In this document: in pieces, positions 1 through 13,005 of the stretch | Layout of the letters: each line of letters starts with the position of its first letter | How positions within the stretch are numbered: position 1 is the stretch's first letter | Assembly: GCF_011745625.1 (NCBI RefSeq) | Contig: NW_027191452.1 | Coordinates: 372,001-436,000, forward strand | DNA: 64,000 bases | Origin: Cladosporium halotolerans | Taxonomy: Eukaryota | Direction of reading: 5' to 3' | Made by a program: the position numbers and the translations under genes | The notes under the pieces: generated by a model | The model's database searches: none | Told to the model about the DNA's origin: nothing | Seen by the model: the letters and a program-made list of their open reading frames with translations, nothing else

Positions 1-2200
1 TTCGCAGTAGCCTTGTACCTATGAGACGTCGCGGATGACCGTTTTGCTGGAGCAAGTGAGCGAGCGGTGAATCAATCGTCAACTGATGCATTCCTAGCAT
101 CAAGGTGGGACTCGGTGGTCCATTCTCCTAGATCCTAGCGTGGAATAACCCTTAACAGACGTCAACTAATGCTCCACATGAGCGGCCAGTGCTGGGAACG
201 GCAGGGGCGTTCTCCCGAGTCTTGGGGCATGAACCGTTGGCTCCGATCTTGTGTGAGCTCTTGAGCATAGAGTGGCGAATAATCAAGGGAGGGGAGCCAG
301 TAACAGGCTGTCCTGTCAATCATTCCATGTCACCGAGCAATGCTAAGTCGTCATTGATGACAGCGCGAGAACAAACAAATCGAGCAGCAGACACTGCGAC
401 TGAGACTTCTCGGCGCACTCGTGGCCAGTGGTCTCGGAGTCTCGCAGTGGCGACAGGGAGTGCGGTCAGTATCGCACAGGGTGATACTGCATTGTACATG
501 GACAAGACTCAGGCATACTGGAGGATCGCCCGGACCGAAAGATGGGCGGCGCTCCTTGGCATCTCCACATCCAACGGCGCGGGGCCGAGGGGCTCCTGAC
601 ATCCCGTCAAACGTCTCGACCCTTTTGCCTCCCAGATGTGGTAAAGCAACTCCACGAAAGGGACCTAACGGGGCATCTGTTGTAGGTATCGCCAGCTTCT
701 TCCAAATCATGGTGTGGTGCAAATGGAGGGATCATCGGACCCTCTCACCGCGTTACTGCTGTCCCTCCAGCTGCTACCCCCTTCCATCCTACAATGAACA
801 GCCACCGCCACATTGCCAAAGCTCCTTGGGGCACATCCATTCCATTCAAGAGGCTGGCATGCCTTCTGCAAGCTTGCTCAAGATCGGCCGACTGAAATTA
901 CTTGCTGCATGACAATCCGCTGGGCTGCATGCAGACCGCAAAATTTCCCTCTTGGCGCGTCTCAAGCGAACCATCGATGTCTCACCCAGACCGCCGCATC
1001 CCCTTTGCTTCCCAATTTTATCCGAGTCTTGGGCCTCAGGGTATGCCAACTTGATCTACACGAGGGATCGACCGTTGCCGTGTTCCCTGGAACACTCGCC
1101 GTTAGCCTCAACATGCTAGTGTCTCCGTTTTCCGCGCCAAACATTTCGCTCTACTCCGCTGAAACGGAGAGCGAGCACATTGAATTTGCAGACTTTTCCG
1201 AGACTCCGCCATCAAACGCCTGAACTGTCACTTGCTGCACACGCACATTACGCTTGTCAATTTCCGTGCTTGAGGGACGGCAGCGACTTGGTCATAGACC
1301 GGTCTGACCTATCGAGATTACCGGCCTTGGCCGTTGCGACCGTGGCGAACATCCTTGGTTAGGACCCGAAAGAAGAGAAGGAGCTGGTCTTCATGCTCTG
1401 CCCGTCATCTGGACAACAATGCATTTTTCTGGGAAGGGAGTAATTGGCCGCTCGGCAGTCCAGATTAGCAAAGGCGCAGTCGCCCTTGTTGGGTTACCAA
1501 CCTCCACTGTCGGGTGACCGAGAAAGAAGTACAAGCGAAGTGACTTCAATGATCGGTGGTTCACAAGTTCGATAGTTCCGTCGCATTTCCATACACTTCA
1601 GCTAAGATCAGGTCTGAAAGGCCCATATGGACCTGCTGAGTCTCGATCTTGCCAATCGCTGAACTTGTGTATTCGACAGTAAGGATCCTGTTCTAACTTG
1701 GTTTGAATCGTAAGGCAGGACGTATCCACCAAGCTCCTCTCATCAAAAGTCAAAATACCGAACGACCGATCAAAGACTTGCCGAAACAACACCACGTCAT
1801 CGCTACATTGAGCTGCGCTTTAACATTTACGCCAATTATACCACACCTCTTACATAACCGCATTCACACCAGCAACTTCAAAGACTCGGTAGGGTGTTTG
1901 TCGATCAAAGTCTACTTCTGGGATCTTGCTCATTGGCAGCGAAGTGCGTTGGCTCTCATCGACCTTCTACGGTGTTGAGGCCGTTGCCTGTCAACCCTGT
2001 GATCGCCTCCTAGCCATGGCCAAGTCGTCGCCGACCTCGGGCAATTTTCGCCAATCTCTGTCCCTCCATCGGAACAGAACGGTTCGTTTTCCACTAGTCC
2101 ATGGCCGCGACTTCTGCTCATTCAGTCTTTGTGTGCACATCTTGACAAACAAGCTATATGTACAATTGCATGGATTGTATCCTTCATGATATTACACAAA

Positions 2201-2271
2201 GCATTGGTGGTTTAGTGGTAAAATTAGCCGTTGCCATCGGCTAGCCCCGGGTTCGATTCCCGGCCGATGCA
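2201..2271 (+). tRNA. tRNA-Gly (anticodon GCC), intronless
   Basis: Full cloverleaf: acceptor GCATTGG/CCGATGC plus discriminator A; D arm with TGGTTTAGTGG A-box; anticodon arm AGCCG-TTGCCAT-CGGCT (GCC at 2233-2235); T arm CCGGG-TTCGATT-CCCGG. Followed directly by TTTTT, the Pol III terminator. Confidence 0.97.
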
Positions 2272-2653
2272 TTTTTGCTAATCTTGAGCATCAATCGTCA
2301 CCTATGACTTTTTGGGATAGAAAACACTTGATGAAATGCGGAGAATGAATCTTATGTTCGTTCGTAAGACTGCGGTAGGCGACAGCCTTCAAGGGAAAGC
2401 TTGGGTTGAGCAGCAGGGTCTTCTAGTCCACCACCCCCGGCGGAGAAAGAGGTCCGCGCTTTTTCGCAGACAATCGACAGATGATTGCAGCCAATTAAGA
2501 GTCGATGGAATGGAAATGATTGAAGTGTATAGACGAGGCTAAGATCATTCGTCTTAGACTGACTCTCGAGTGAAGAGAACTGCAGCTCAATCGGTTTCGA
2601 AGCTTCCACTACTATTAAATGCCCCATCATAGACCTATCATGGCCCACCGCTT

Positions 2654-4846
2654 TCAACATGCCGCAAGATCCTCCACTCGCAACAGCCCGCTTGCAAGTC
2701 CAGCCGCTGCCCAAGTCCCACATTCCTTATTCGGATTCCACGACATCGCTGACACCCCCGTCTCCTCCTCATGTACAGTATGGAAGTGCAAGCCGTGGTC
2801 TTTGTCGTCTGAATTCTGCATAGAACCCTCGCGATATGTCCTCTGTCCCTGCTCCACCTTAAACCCCTCCACAAAGCGGCTCAGCCCATTGTTACCGACG
2901 GGCTTCGGCGTGCTCTGTTGGCCTTCGAGCTCCGGCTGCGTAGGACGGCGCCACTCGTGCATGAACCAAACCTGTAGAAGCGGCAAGGCTTTGGGCTGGA
3001 TGATGCGGCGCATGGGATTGGAGCCCGTTATCTCGCCGTTCGCCGTCCCCATCAAGATGAAAGGATGGCAGGGGCTGACTGCGAGCGAGGTCCCGACGGT
3101 TTTGGCGCGGCCGAGAGCGATCGTCGTGAAAAAGCGGCGCAGCGGCAGGGCTTTGAGGGCGAAATTGTCGTCCATGACGATTGCGATCTGGGAGAACTCG
3201 TGCCAAGCGATGATGTCTTGCGTGGACCGGCTGCGAGGCCCTAAGATCGTGCCAGAAGGCGAGCCGGGCATTGGGTCGTTGAGGTCGGTTAGACGAGGGT
3301 AGCCGTCTGCGGAAGTGGTGAGGAAAAGATTTTGGTGCGATGGGTAGCAGGAGGTGATGGAGAGAATGTAGCCGCTGGCTACGGAAGTGTAGATCGATGG
3401 CCTAGGAATCTCGGAAACAGATGTTTTCGTGAGATCAAAGACAGCCACGCAGCCATTGGCACAACCGGCTGAGATCCGTGTAGCCGACGACCACGTCAAT
3501 CTTGTAAACAGAGTATCGGGAGGATGCGACTCGAAGGCTGCTTTCTCCACCTTCGTATATTGCGTGGTGGAAGAATCGGGCATGTTCATGAGGTCGATGA
3601 CTCGTAGTCCTCCGTCGCCCCAAACTCCAGCTAAAAGCCCAATTGATGTGCTACCTGGCGCCGTGGAACGTCTGTGTGGCGCAGGACACCACCTGAGGGC
3701 TTTGGCATCACCCCATTCAGTGCACAACACATGTTTCAAGACTGGTGCGACCTCTGAGTCGAGCGACCCCTGCTTAGTAGCTTTGAACTCCCAGATCTGT
3801 ATTTCGGATGCGTCTGGGTTTTGAGGTGTGAATGCGGGTGCGCTGCCCTTCAAGGTCTCACGCCTTGGTAGGGTGGATGTTGCAAGGTACTGTGACGAGC
3901 CTGGCTGATTTGGTGCCCACTCCACGCATTTCACCTTGACACCCAGATTGAGTATGAAGCCGGCCTTGGTCGCCGACGCATGTTTGGGCACTGCTTTGAA
4001 CCCTTCAGCTTGAGGCTGTACCCATGCCCTGTTGAGCGCGGTTGACTCTCCGGCATGTAGTGTGATCAATTGCGGTGAGTTGACGGGACCAATCAGGAAG
4101 GTTCTGCTAGGTAGCTCGTCGGCTGCTACCCTGGCTCGGCCCTCGTCCTGGCTGATCTGTTTCATGGACTGCCTTTTCGTGAAAATACCTTGGAGACCGC
4201 CCTCGAAGTAAGGTTTCCAGCCTTCTTCCTCCTCGCGTTTGCGTGCATCTTCACCTTGCCAATAGCTGTAAGCGCAATTTTTCGAGGCAGGTTCTTGTAA
4301 TTTCCGACGGGCCGGCAAAGCATCTTGGCCATCCCACTTGAAGCATGCTTTCTCGACTGCCCTGAATTCTCTCACGGAAGACCCAAAAAGAAAGAGTCTC
4401 TTATCGAACTTTCCACTTCTGCGTGTGACGCTGTCAGGGAGACCTCTATTGTACAAGAGACCGTCAGGCCCCGACAGATGTATCTTTGGTTTGCGATTCG
4501 GAGTACGCTTATGCCCAGCTGGATGATCGTCATCGTCTTCCGGTTCGAGATCATCGTCGCCAGCGATGGACATGGCATCGTCGAGATCCTGCTCTCCGGC
4601 ATCGCTCCCGAGAACAGAGTGACCTTCCGGTTCATCATCTGCACCAGAGAAGTCATCTTCGTCTTCTTCAGCTGCGTCGGCGGGTTCAGATTCGATGTGA
4701 AACTCGTCGCCACTGTCAGAGTCCCGGGAGCGGCGCACTGGCGAATGATCCGAGCCAGAATCCTGCAATCCCTCGATGCCCTCGAATGCATCGACTGTGT
4801 AGCGCTTCTTCGCAGATGCGCCTCTGGCTGAAGTGCGTCGCGTCAT
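2654..4846 (-). CDS. RNA polymerase III transcription factor TFIIIC subunit (Tfc6/Sfc6-like, WD40-type C-terminal domain)
   Basis: 730-aa intronless ORF. Basic then acidic N-terminus (KKRYTVDAFEGI; DE-rich), followed by WD-like repeats (VEWAPN, LRWCP, GLLAGVWGDGGLRVID, MSWNPN...WAAAGLASGLLRVEDL) typical of fungal Tfc6 homologues. Confidence 0.75.
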   Translation of the reverse strand: MTRRTSARGASAKKRYTVDAFEGIEGLQDSGSDHSPVRRSRDSDSGDEFHIESEPADAAEEDEDDFSGADDEPEGHSVLGSDAGEQDLDDAMSIAGDDDLEPEDDDDHPAGHKRTPNRKPKIHLSGPDGLLYNRGLPDSVTRRSGKFDKRLFLFGSSVREFRAVEKACFKWDGQDALPARRKLQEPASKNCAYSYWQGEDARKREEEEGWKPYFEGGLQGIFTKRQSMKQISQDEGRARVAADELPSRTFLIGPVNSPQLITLHAGESTALNRAWVQPQAEGFKAVPKHASATKAGFILNLGVKVKCVEWAPNQPGSSQYLATSTLPRRETLKGSAPAFTPQNPDASEIQIWEFKATKQGSLDSEVAPVLKHVLCTEWGDAKALRWCPAPHRRSTAPGSTSIGLLAGVWGDGGLRVIDLMNMPDSSTTQYTKVEKAAFESHPPDTLFTRLTWSSATRISAGCANGCVAVFDLTKTSVSEIPRPSIYTSVASGYILSITSCYPSHQNLFLTTSADGYPRLTDLNDPMPGSPSGTILGPRSRSTQDIIAWHEFSQIAIVMDDNFALKALPLRRFFTTIALGRAKTVGTSLAVSPCHPFILMGTANGEITGSNPMRRIIQPKALPLLQVWFMHEWRRPTQPELEGQQSTPKPVGNNGLSRFVEGFKVEQGQRTYREGSMQNSDDKDHGLHFHTVHEEETGVSAMSWNPNKECGTWAAAGLASGLLRVEDLAAC

Positions 4847-5227
4847 GGTCGAGGCAGTGGGTCGTTGAAAAGAAAAGACGCTGGATCACTTAGCTTCAGG
4901 CTGGGATGCTGGTACTGGCGTAGACTGACAATGCGGCGCGTAGGAGACAGTACAGCCGACCTAATAACACATCACTTGGCCATGGTGTCAGCACTTGAGC
5001 ACTCGGGCGAAGAGCTTTCGTGAGATACCATCATATCAAATGTTGCGCAAGAGCCGATATGAGAAGGACGAGAAGTTAAGAATGCGACGGGCCCGCATAT
5101 TCCCCAGACGGATGGGCGGCATCCTGCAGCGGCCCGGCGCCTTGATCCGTTCCTTTGCCGCCTCTCGCTGTCAGCCTTGCCTCGGCGTAAGTCAAGCCGC
5201 CCCGACAAACACTTTCAAGTGCGTATC

Positions 5228-6433
5228 ATGCCGCGCCAGGACCTTGGACAGCCTCGTTGGCTACTGCCAGTGTTATTTCTTGTGCTTACGCTCACAGCGC
5301 TGTCAGAAGCGTCGCTAGGCGATCGCCAGCCTGAATTCAAGAGTTGCGTTGCAGTAAGCCACACCGACCTCCCACAGCAGGCATGATGTTTACATGGCCA
5401 GTGAACAGAAGTGCTAATCGGGCTCTTGCCAGGACTGCATAAGCGCAAACTGCGGTGAAGATGGACTCTCCATTCGTACGCTTTGACAAGCTTGTCATGA
5501 CTGAAACGTCCACTGAACCCTCACTTCTGCAGCCCTCCAACACCGCCTCCTGCTATGGGATTGCCCCTCCGAATGCGATTACTCCTGCCAGCACATCGTA
5601 ACGCAATCACGTCTCGCCCGTGATCCGCCGTACCTCGAACCGATCCTACAATTCCATGGGAAATGGCCCTTCTACCGCTTCATGGGCATTCAAGAGCCGG
5701 CAAGCGTGCTGTTCTCGCTGTTTAACTTCCTGGCACACTACTGGGGCGTGTCGAGACTGAAGGCGGAGATACCTGCTAGCTATGCGCTGCGCCAGTATTA
5801 TCTTGGTTTTGGGTACTGCGGTTACGCGAGCTGGATATTCAGCATGATTTTCCACACTCGCGACTTCAACACGACCGAGAAGCTCGACTATTTCGCGGCC
5901 GGGTTGAGCGTGATGTATGGATTGTTCTTTGCGCCCATCCGTATATTTCGTCTGGATCGTCATAACGCTTTGACCGGCAGCAGCAAGTCGGCTACGCTAC
6001 TTCGTGTGTGGACACTGCTGTGTGCGTCGCTCTACCTTGCGCACGTGTCCTATCTTTCATTTGTGCACTTTGACTACACATACAACATGGCAGCAAACGT
6101 GGCGGTCGGCATCATTCAGAACATTCTCTGGACGGGATTCAGTATCATGCGATACCGGAAGGTCGGAAGTCTGTGGGCCGCATGGCCAGGTCTTATCGTT
6201 GCCTGGATCATTTTGGCCATGAGCTTGGAGTTGTTTGACTTCCCGCCTTGGTGGGGTATGCTCGATGCCCACGCCCTCTGGCATCTCGGTACCGTCGGAC
6301 CTACGATCTGGTGGTATAAGTACGTGTATCAAGGCAGTGCAGCGGGTGAAACGAGACATGTGCTGACACGTGAGACAGTTTCTTGCTGAAAGACGCGAAG
6401 GAGGATCTGCAAAGTGCGCGATTGAAGGCTTGA
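5228..6433 (+). CDS. PER1: Per1/PGAP3 GPI-anchor remodelling protein (4 exons)
   Basis: Signal peptide followed by ASLGD..EF..CV; WDCPSECDYSCQH, QFHGKWPF, QEPASVLFSLFN, FHTRD...TEKLDYF and DAHALWH motifs. Predicted introns 5354-5432, 5477-5532 and 6320-6378; stop TGA at 6431-6433. Confidence 0.92.
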
Positions 6434-7018
6434 GCTTGAGTCTGATTCGCGGTTTGTGGGGAGGAGTACCCGTACAGGCTTTCGTTAGCGAGAAGATACC
6501 CTGTCGATAGTAAGCGCGTCTAGGTTGGATGGATAACAGTGTGCCGCATTACATATATATATTCCACCGACGCACGCAAGCATAATTCACACGCGGTGAA
6601 TGTAAATGACGCACATAGGTACCACATTTGATAGCCTTGGTGGCATCATGAAACATGTCAAGGCTTGCCCCACTACCCTGGACGTGGGATCTGCATGTGA
6701 TTTGCATGTGATCGGCAGCCGCAGACATTCCTATCGACCGCTCCTGAAACGCGTAACCCCTCCACCACACCACCAACTAGAGACTCACTGCGCACTCGGC
6801 AAACAGACCAACGAGCACCGCCGCCGCCTGAAGTAAACAACGTGCCGCGTGCCTGCGTGACGATCGTCGCACCCGGGCTAATAAGGTATACCTACCTTAC
6901 CTTCTTAGCCAGTCGCAATCAGCGCGACACTCGTACCTCCCCACCTCACTTGAACTTGCCTTCTCTTGACTGCACCTGATTCTGTGAATTACCTTATCTC
7001 GCTGACTCGGCCGAGCCG

Positions 7019-8411
7019 ATGGCGCCCGACCTCAACTCTTTGTCACGCTCGCCGCGCAGCGAACGCCCGCAACCCCGACGAACGCCCTCCAACCCTGCTC
7101 TCTCAGGTGCTAGCTCCAGACGCACGTCACAAGTCATGGGACCGCCTGCAGCGCCGGCATCTCATATGAGCTCGAATGGGGGAACAGAAAGAGTACCGAT
7201 GTCACACAGACTATCGTCAAGCCATGAACATGATGGACCCTTGAGGCACCCGCGGCCGCTCACGGCGGCGGAGCTGTACGCGGAGTGCGAGAAAGAGCAA
7301 GAAGCTGTGGTATGTCCATTCGGCACCATGTTATCTCGAAAACATGTGCTAAGGCTTTAATTAGGTCAATCGCCTTACTCGCGAACTCACGGCTCTGCGT
7401 GCTCAATCTGCATCAGTGGCATCCAATGCCTCACAGTCTAGCACTTCGACCTCAGCGTCCCTCCTTCCGGTCGATATCTCGGATCCCAATCCGACGCACC
7501 AGATGATGGGAGCGACCCATCCAACACCTTCCCGCCGCCATCGTAGCTCGTCGTCGGTTTCAACAAGGTCGATTCCGACCCCTTCAACGTCCGTATCAGC
7601 CGCGGGAAGTGCTGTCAGCACGCAAGCTCAGCCAGGCAGCGCGATAGTATCACACCCAAACACCCATGGTGGTGTCAGTCAAGCATCGTTCGACCGTGCT
7701 GCAGCTGCAACGGGTGGCACGGGAAGCACAACCATCTCCCGCCAACCCTCGATATCAGCCCACAGCGGCACGTCTACTCCGGCACGCCAGAGCTTCGACA
7801 ACTTCCGCAACCCGTCCGTGGGTGGTGGCGTGCCGAGTGGTGGAACGATATACACCCTTCCACACCGCCCATCTATCTCTCGCGACCCCAGCTACGCCGC
7901 ATCCACAGCAGCGCAAGCCGGCACGCCACAGCACGTCTCTCAGCCGGTGCCTTCCCCAGCTCGCAGTCCCAACCAAAGCATCCACGCGGCCATGCAGCAC
8001 TACGCCGACACGGCAGCCTACAAGAGCGAGATGGAGCTCGTCAAGGCGGAGAACGAAAGCCTGCGCCAGCGCGTCCGCACGCTGGAGCGAGCTCTCCGCG
8101 CTCGCAGGCGCGACAGCAGCACGAGTCAGACTGATGGCACTGCGCCAGAGTCGACGCTCAGAGCTGGCCGGGACAAAGATGCTGCTACGGTAAGTCCGCA
8201 CACCACGAGCCCGAGCGGTACCGCTGCTGCGGGCATTGCCGCTTGGGCAGCGGGTGACGGAGGCGTGGGCGGTGTGGCGGGGCCGAGAGAGAGAAGTGAG
8301 AGCCAGAGCACGACGGCCAGCAGTCGGCGAGGGTTGGGCGGTGGAGTGCCTGTGGGCGAGGATGAAGTGAGGTTTGGTGAGAGCGCGGGAAACACTGGCA
8401 TCGGTAGGTGA
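7019..8411 (+). CDS. Conserved fungal hypothetical protein, Ser/Thr-rich and disordered, with two coiled coils
   Basis: ORFs 7019 and 7416 are joined by intron 7310-7364 (GTATGT..GCTAAG..TTAG), giving PLRHPRPLTAAELYAECEKEQEAVVNRLTREL. Second coiled coil EMELVKAENESLRQRVRTLER. Confidence 0.8.
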
Positions 8412-8905
8412 TGTTTTGCTGCGGGTACGGCGAAAGCAGAAGGTAACTGTGATATGCGGAAGTTCAGTTTGGTGTGGTTTACGATGATCCAAGTGCAGGC
8501 GCATGGACTAGGCTATGGAGATACGATTACAAAGCGGCGGTTTCTCTTGAATTTCTCTCGTATTTTCATCCAATACAGAATTACTGATGCCTGGTCCGAA
8601 GCTTCCGGATTGCTTGGGAGGTGCTCTGTTGGACCAGACTACATCTAGCGAGCCGGAACTGCGGAGCGTCCTGCACTGCGGACAGTTCGGCTCCATTTCA
8701 GCATTTCCCACTTCAGAGTGATACAATATCTCGATCAGCCTCTTCACGCCATCAGAGCCCTTCTGTGAGAAAGAAAGAGCCCTGCAAGTCTTTGACTTTG
8801 AAGCTGTCCTTGATCGATAGTTTGCGAGCTTGTCGAGCCTTTCCGCGTTCTCACTTTTCAAGACGATGTGAGAGGTGTAAACCGTATCAATGTGCGTTCA
8901 AGACC

Positions 8906-10449
8906 TCACTCGACTGTTGGGTTGAGATCCTCTAACGTCCGGCCAAGTTCCAACACACCCTCATCCGAGCCGTACTGCCCAATTACCTGCATACCAACAC
9001 TTTGGACGTCGTCCGCGTCCATGTCCTTTCGAGCCTTTTCAGGCAGAGGGACTGGCACGCTCAAAGCAGGAAGTCCAGCCAAGCTTGCAGGCACCGTGAA
9101 TACGTCGAGCATGTAACCCTCGACGGTAGTTTGGCGCTTCAGCTCGGCAAGAGTAGGCGGCAGTCTCGGCGCCGTCGGTGTGATGAGGAAGTCTACAACA
9201 TCGTTTGCGTGACCCTCTGCTGAGTCTAGCAGAGGGTTTTGAGCGGCGAACACGCGGTCGAAGTCCTGCTGAACTAATCTGCGAACTTTCTGGGCCTGGA
9301 TAAAGTAGTTGTCGATGGCTTCGGAGCTTAGGGCGTATGCACCAAGCAAGATTCTGCGGCGAACCTCATCGCCAAAGCCTTCGCCTCGGGTTTGCGCGTA
9401 GAGGGGGAGATCTTCTTTAGGTAAAGCATCTGGTCCAGAGGTACGGTTGCCATACCGAATGCCGTCGTACTTCGCGAGGTTCGAGCTCGCTTCGGCGGGA
9501 GCGAGGACGTAGTACGCACTCAGCGCCTGTCTTGTTGCCGGTAGCGAAACAGGCAAGATCGTGTGACCCGCTTTTTGGAGGCGCGAAAGGGTACCCTTCC
9601 ACGCCCTTCGCACGGGAGCAGTAAGCTCCTCTATGTTGTACTCATCTGGTACGCCAATGCGCAGGCCCTTTCTCTTCGACCCTCCATGGCCGGTCAAACG
9701 CTGCCTGACAGCATCAGACACACTGGTGGGGTCGTTCTTGTCATACACATTCAAGACCCCGAACAGCTTCGCAGCGTCCACAACATTCCCAGCTAAAACG
9801 CCAACAGTGTCGAGAGAGTTCGCGTACTGGATCACGCCCCACCTAGACAGGAGCCCATAGCTAGGCTTGAATCCCACCACGCCACAATACGCAGCCGGCA
9901 ACCTTACACTACCTCCAGTATCCGTTCCCAAAGCTGCCCAAGCTTCTCCTGTCGCAACAGCGACTGCGCTTCCTCCGCTGCTACCTCCAGGGGACAAAGG
10001 CTCGCCATTGCGACTGAAAGGGCTCACAACCGGGCTATTGAAGGCCGTCTGAGAGTGAGAGCCCATGCCAAATTCGTCCAGGCTGGCTTTCGAGCCGATA
10101 CTTGCGCCTGCATCCTGTAGGAGCTTGACCACTGTCGCATCGAAAGGCGAAGTGAAGCCGGAGAGCACTTTGGAGGCGGCTGTGGTCGGTTGAGAAGCAG
10201 TGACGATGTTGTCTTTTACTGCAATGGTTTTGCCCACGAGCGAGCTTGCTATAGATCGTCAGTTTTGCGCACGCATAGCTGGGACATCAAGTTCGTACCT
10301 GACGGATTCGTTGCAGCTGAGCTTGCGTCTCTGGTTTGATGGACAATTGCATTCAGCCCAGTGGGCTGCTTTTGGGCGCTCACATGGTGATTGAATCGCC
10401 TCAGGCTCAGCAAAAGAGCTTTCCGCGACTTTTGCAGGTTTGGGCGCAT
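8906..10449 (-). CDS. HER2: Mitochondrial glutamyl-tRNA(Gln) amidotransferase subunit A (amidase signature family)
   Basis: IAVKDNI, DEFGMGS, PGGSSGGSAVAVA, LGTDTGGSVRLPAAYCGVVGFKPSYG, EASSNLAKYDGIRYG and GFGDEVRRRILLG motifs. Basic N-terminal presequence (MRPNLQKSRK...) joined by intron 10249-10298. Confidence 0.92.
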
Positions 10450-10817
10450 CACATCCTCTTTGCTCGCTTCTTTGAAGATGCAAGATTGTGGTGCAAGCCG
10501 CGTGCTGATGGCAGACCCTTGGCGCGACGTCGGCGGAGGACCGGGCGTTGCCTCGCGCGCATCACTTGTCATCTTTCCCTTTTGAAACACCTCACGTACA
10601 TGCACACACGTCTGGAGACTACGATGAGGGCATCAAGATGAGTTCGATGTTCTATCGATGTCTTCGCCACCGACGCCGAATCGTCTTACGATGCCCGTGC
10701 AAAATGCTGGCCACCTCCGATCCAACCTTACGTTGATTCTGGGTCTATCTCTACTTTCCGACTTAGGGTTCTAGCTACTCGCGGCGTTTAGTAATAATGG
10801 CAGTACTACCAAGTCCA

Positions 10818-13005
10818 TCAGTCTCTCGACAAAGCCAGGAGCCCCTCTTTCCTTGGCGTGGGAATAACCTGAGCGTCCGGCCATGCGTTCGTAACGCGCT
10901 CCCAGCGCGGCGGCGACTTGCTTCTGTCGCGCGTCCTCTCGCCGCTATTTCTCCTCGGTGTCGACACTCTGGATCCGGGACCAGCATGATCAAAGTCAGC
11001 CAGGTGCAGACCTGAGTCGTCATCTACTACGGTGTCGCAAGTGCCCGAGTGAATGGCGTTGTAGCGCGCGTTTCGCTCAGCGCGCTGCAGGTCGAAAAGC
11101 TGGCGGTCTCCCATGGATGGCGTACGATCGGGGCTGCTTCCTGGCGTTTGCGCGCTGGTGGCATCCTTAGGAGTCCTAGGCGAAGAAGCGTGACGAGAAG
11201 CGGTCTCATGGGCTTGCTTGCGAATTTGGAGAGGTGAAGGTGACTCGACGGCCCTCTCGAATATTGCAGAGTCGTCAAGCATGCTGCTGTCTTCCGAGCC
11301 CTTGCTCTTTGTGGAGGTTTTGCTGGCTCTCGAGTCCAGAGAGGCTTGCCGTGGATATGTTACAACAGTGGCAGTGCCTATGGTGACTTGTGGGAAGTAC
11401 TTCTGTCGCAGAGTCGGATCTGAGCCCGGTCTGAAGACTCCCAGCTTCTTTGCGGCGAGACGATCGAGTATTGGCTTGAAGATCATCGAATCGTACGAGC
11501 TGTGTTTCGAAAGCGCTGGCTTCGGACGCAAAGGGAGCTGCACTGCTCTTCCCGGCGATGGGGGTCCGCAATGCGCGACGCTTGGTGCCATGCTAGCTTT
11601 CGCAAGAGCGTCTCTATGGATCGCTTTTGCGTCAAATGGAGCTGGCGACATGCACTCCGCTTTGAGTATGGCTGCTGAAGAGTCGTCGTCAAGTTCCGTG
11701 TGCAAGTCGTGGTGATCGCCCACCAGATTGGAGACCTGCAGCTCCGAGAACAGTCTATCAAAGTCGGCTTCATCTGAATTCGCTGGTTGAGAGGCTTGAC
11801 TGGCACCGGAGCCAGACATGACAGGTATCTGGGACTCGCAACAGGCAGTATTCTCGTGCTCATGCTTGTGTTCAAAGCAGGGTGACAACGATATTGACGT
11901 CGGCGTTCCAGGGTATTCCAGTGGATTCGGCACTACTTTCTCATGGCAATGGACATTGGGTGCGAGCTCTGCGTCTGGCTTTGCTTGTATTGTTGCGGGA
12001 TTTAGGTGAGCGCCGTTAGACAAGGGTCGCTGTTGATCTACACATTTCACGTCGTCCATCTCAAGTGGAAGGGTAGTCCCAGGCATCGGAGACTCCTGCC
12101 TAAAGGGATCATTACGCTCGCAGAAGGGTGTTCGCGTCAACCCGAAGCAGTCAGTCCCTGGCGCGGAGGTCTTCGACTCGAGACTTCCCGCAAGTGGTCC
12201 TGCAAACACGCTTTCGCGCCTTGACGCAACGTGATGATTCGGTCTGTTGTCCCAATCCAGGGCATTCGATTGCGGTACGCCTGTCGTGATGTTCCTGGGA
12301 TCTTGCAGTGCCTTGATATCTCCGAGATCAGACTCAGTCATGCTAGGAAAGGGCGAGAGCGACGCGGGCGAGCCAAAATCGAGCTTCAGCGTGGGTATCG
12401 CTGGCGAAGGTATAGCGATAGGCGAAGACGGAAGTGGGACCAAGCTCGCTGGGTTTTCGCCATGGTCGCTGGCCTTCCCGAGCGGTGAAAGTGTCCTGCT
12501 CAAGTCTTGCGAATTGCGGTAGTATTCGTCTGGGCCACGGGCTCCACGGACACTCGAAGCACGACTACCACTTCTGCGGAAGATGTCTGAAACGCTCCCT
12601 CGTTTGTTGTGGTGCGAGCGGCGATTCAGCTGTAGACGCAGCGATGAGACGGCAGACCTTGATGTCGCTGTGCCGTCGTCCTCTTTCCGTTTTCTAGGCG
12701 TGCTTCGTCTGGTTCCCGAGGTTTCAGTGCTTTTCCGGGTGTCCCCAGTTGACTCTTGAGCGAATGATGCGCTGCTCATTCATCAGTAAATGCCTGCAGC
12801 AGCATATCACGGCAAGAACGTACCTGTTGTTGCTGTTGGCGAGGGCGCCGCCTCGTAAGGACTCCATCGCAGCCTTCGCTGTCAAGGCGCCTTGATGCAC
12901 TACGTTCTTGATGCTCCCAAACCATGACTGCTTCTTGTTGAGGGTCAGAGATCTTTCCAAGGCTGCTCGCGCCAGTGAGCCCTCGTCCGGTGTTGCTGCA
13001 GCCAT
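10818..13005 (-). CDS. Hypothetical low-complexity protein (about 710 aa, Ser/Pro/Arg-rich)
   Basis: 653-aa ORF joined in frame to the upstream exon (MAAATPDEG...) by intron 12772-12823 (GTACGT..CTGAT..CAG). No recognisable domain. Confidence 0.65.

Noticed and set aside
1..2200. Short ORFs (60-163 aa) at the window start
   Set aside because: No recognisable domain, no codon bias and no consistent splice model. A decayed gene cannot be excluded but is unsupported.
8508..8861. 117-aa ORF downstream of GatA
   Set aside because: Non-ATG start and no recognisable domain. It falls between two convergent 3' ends.
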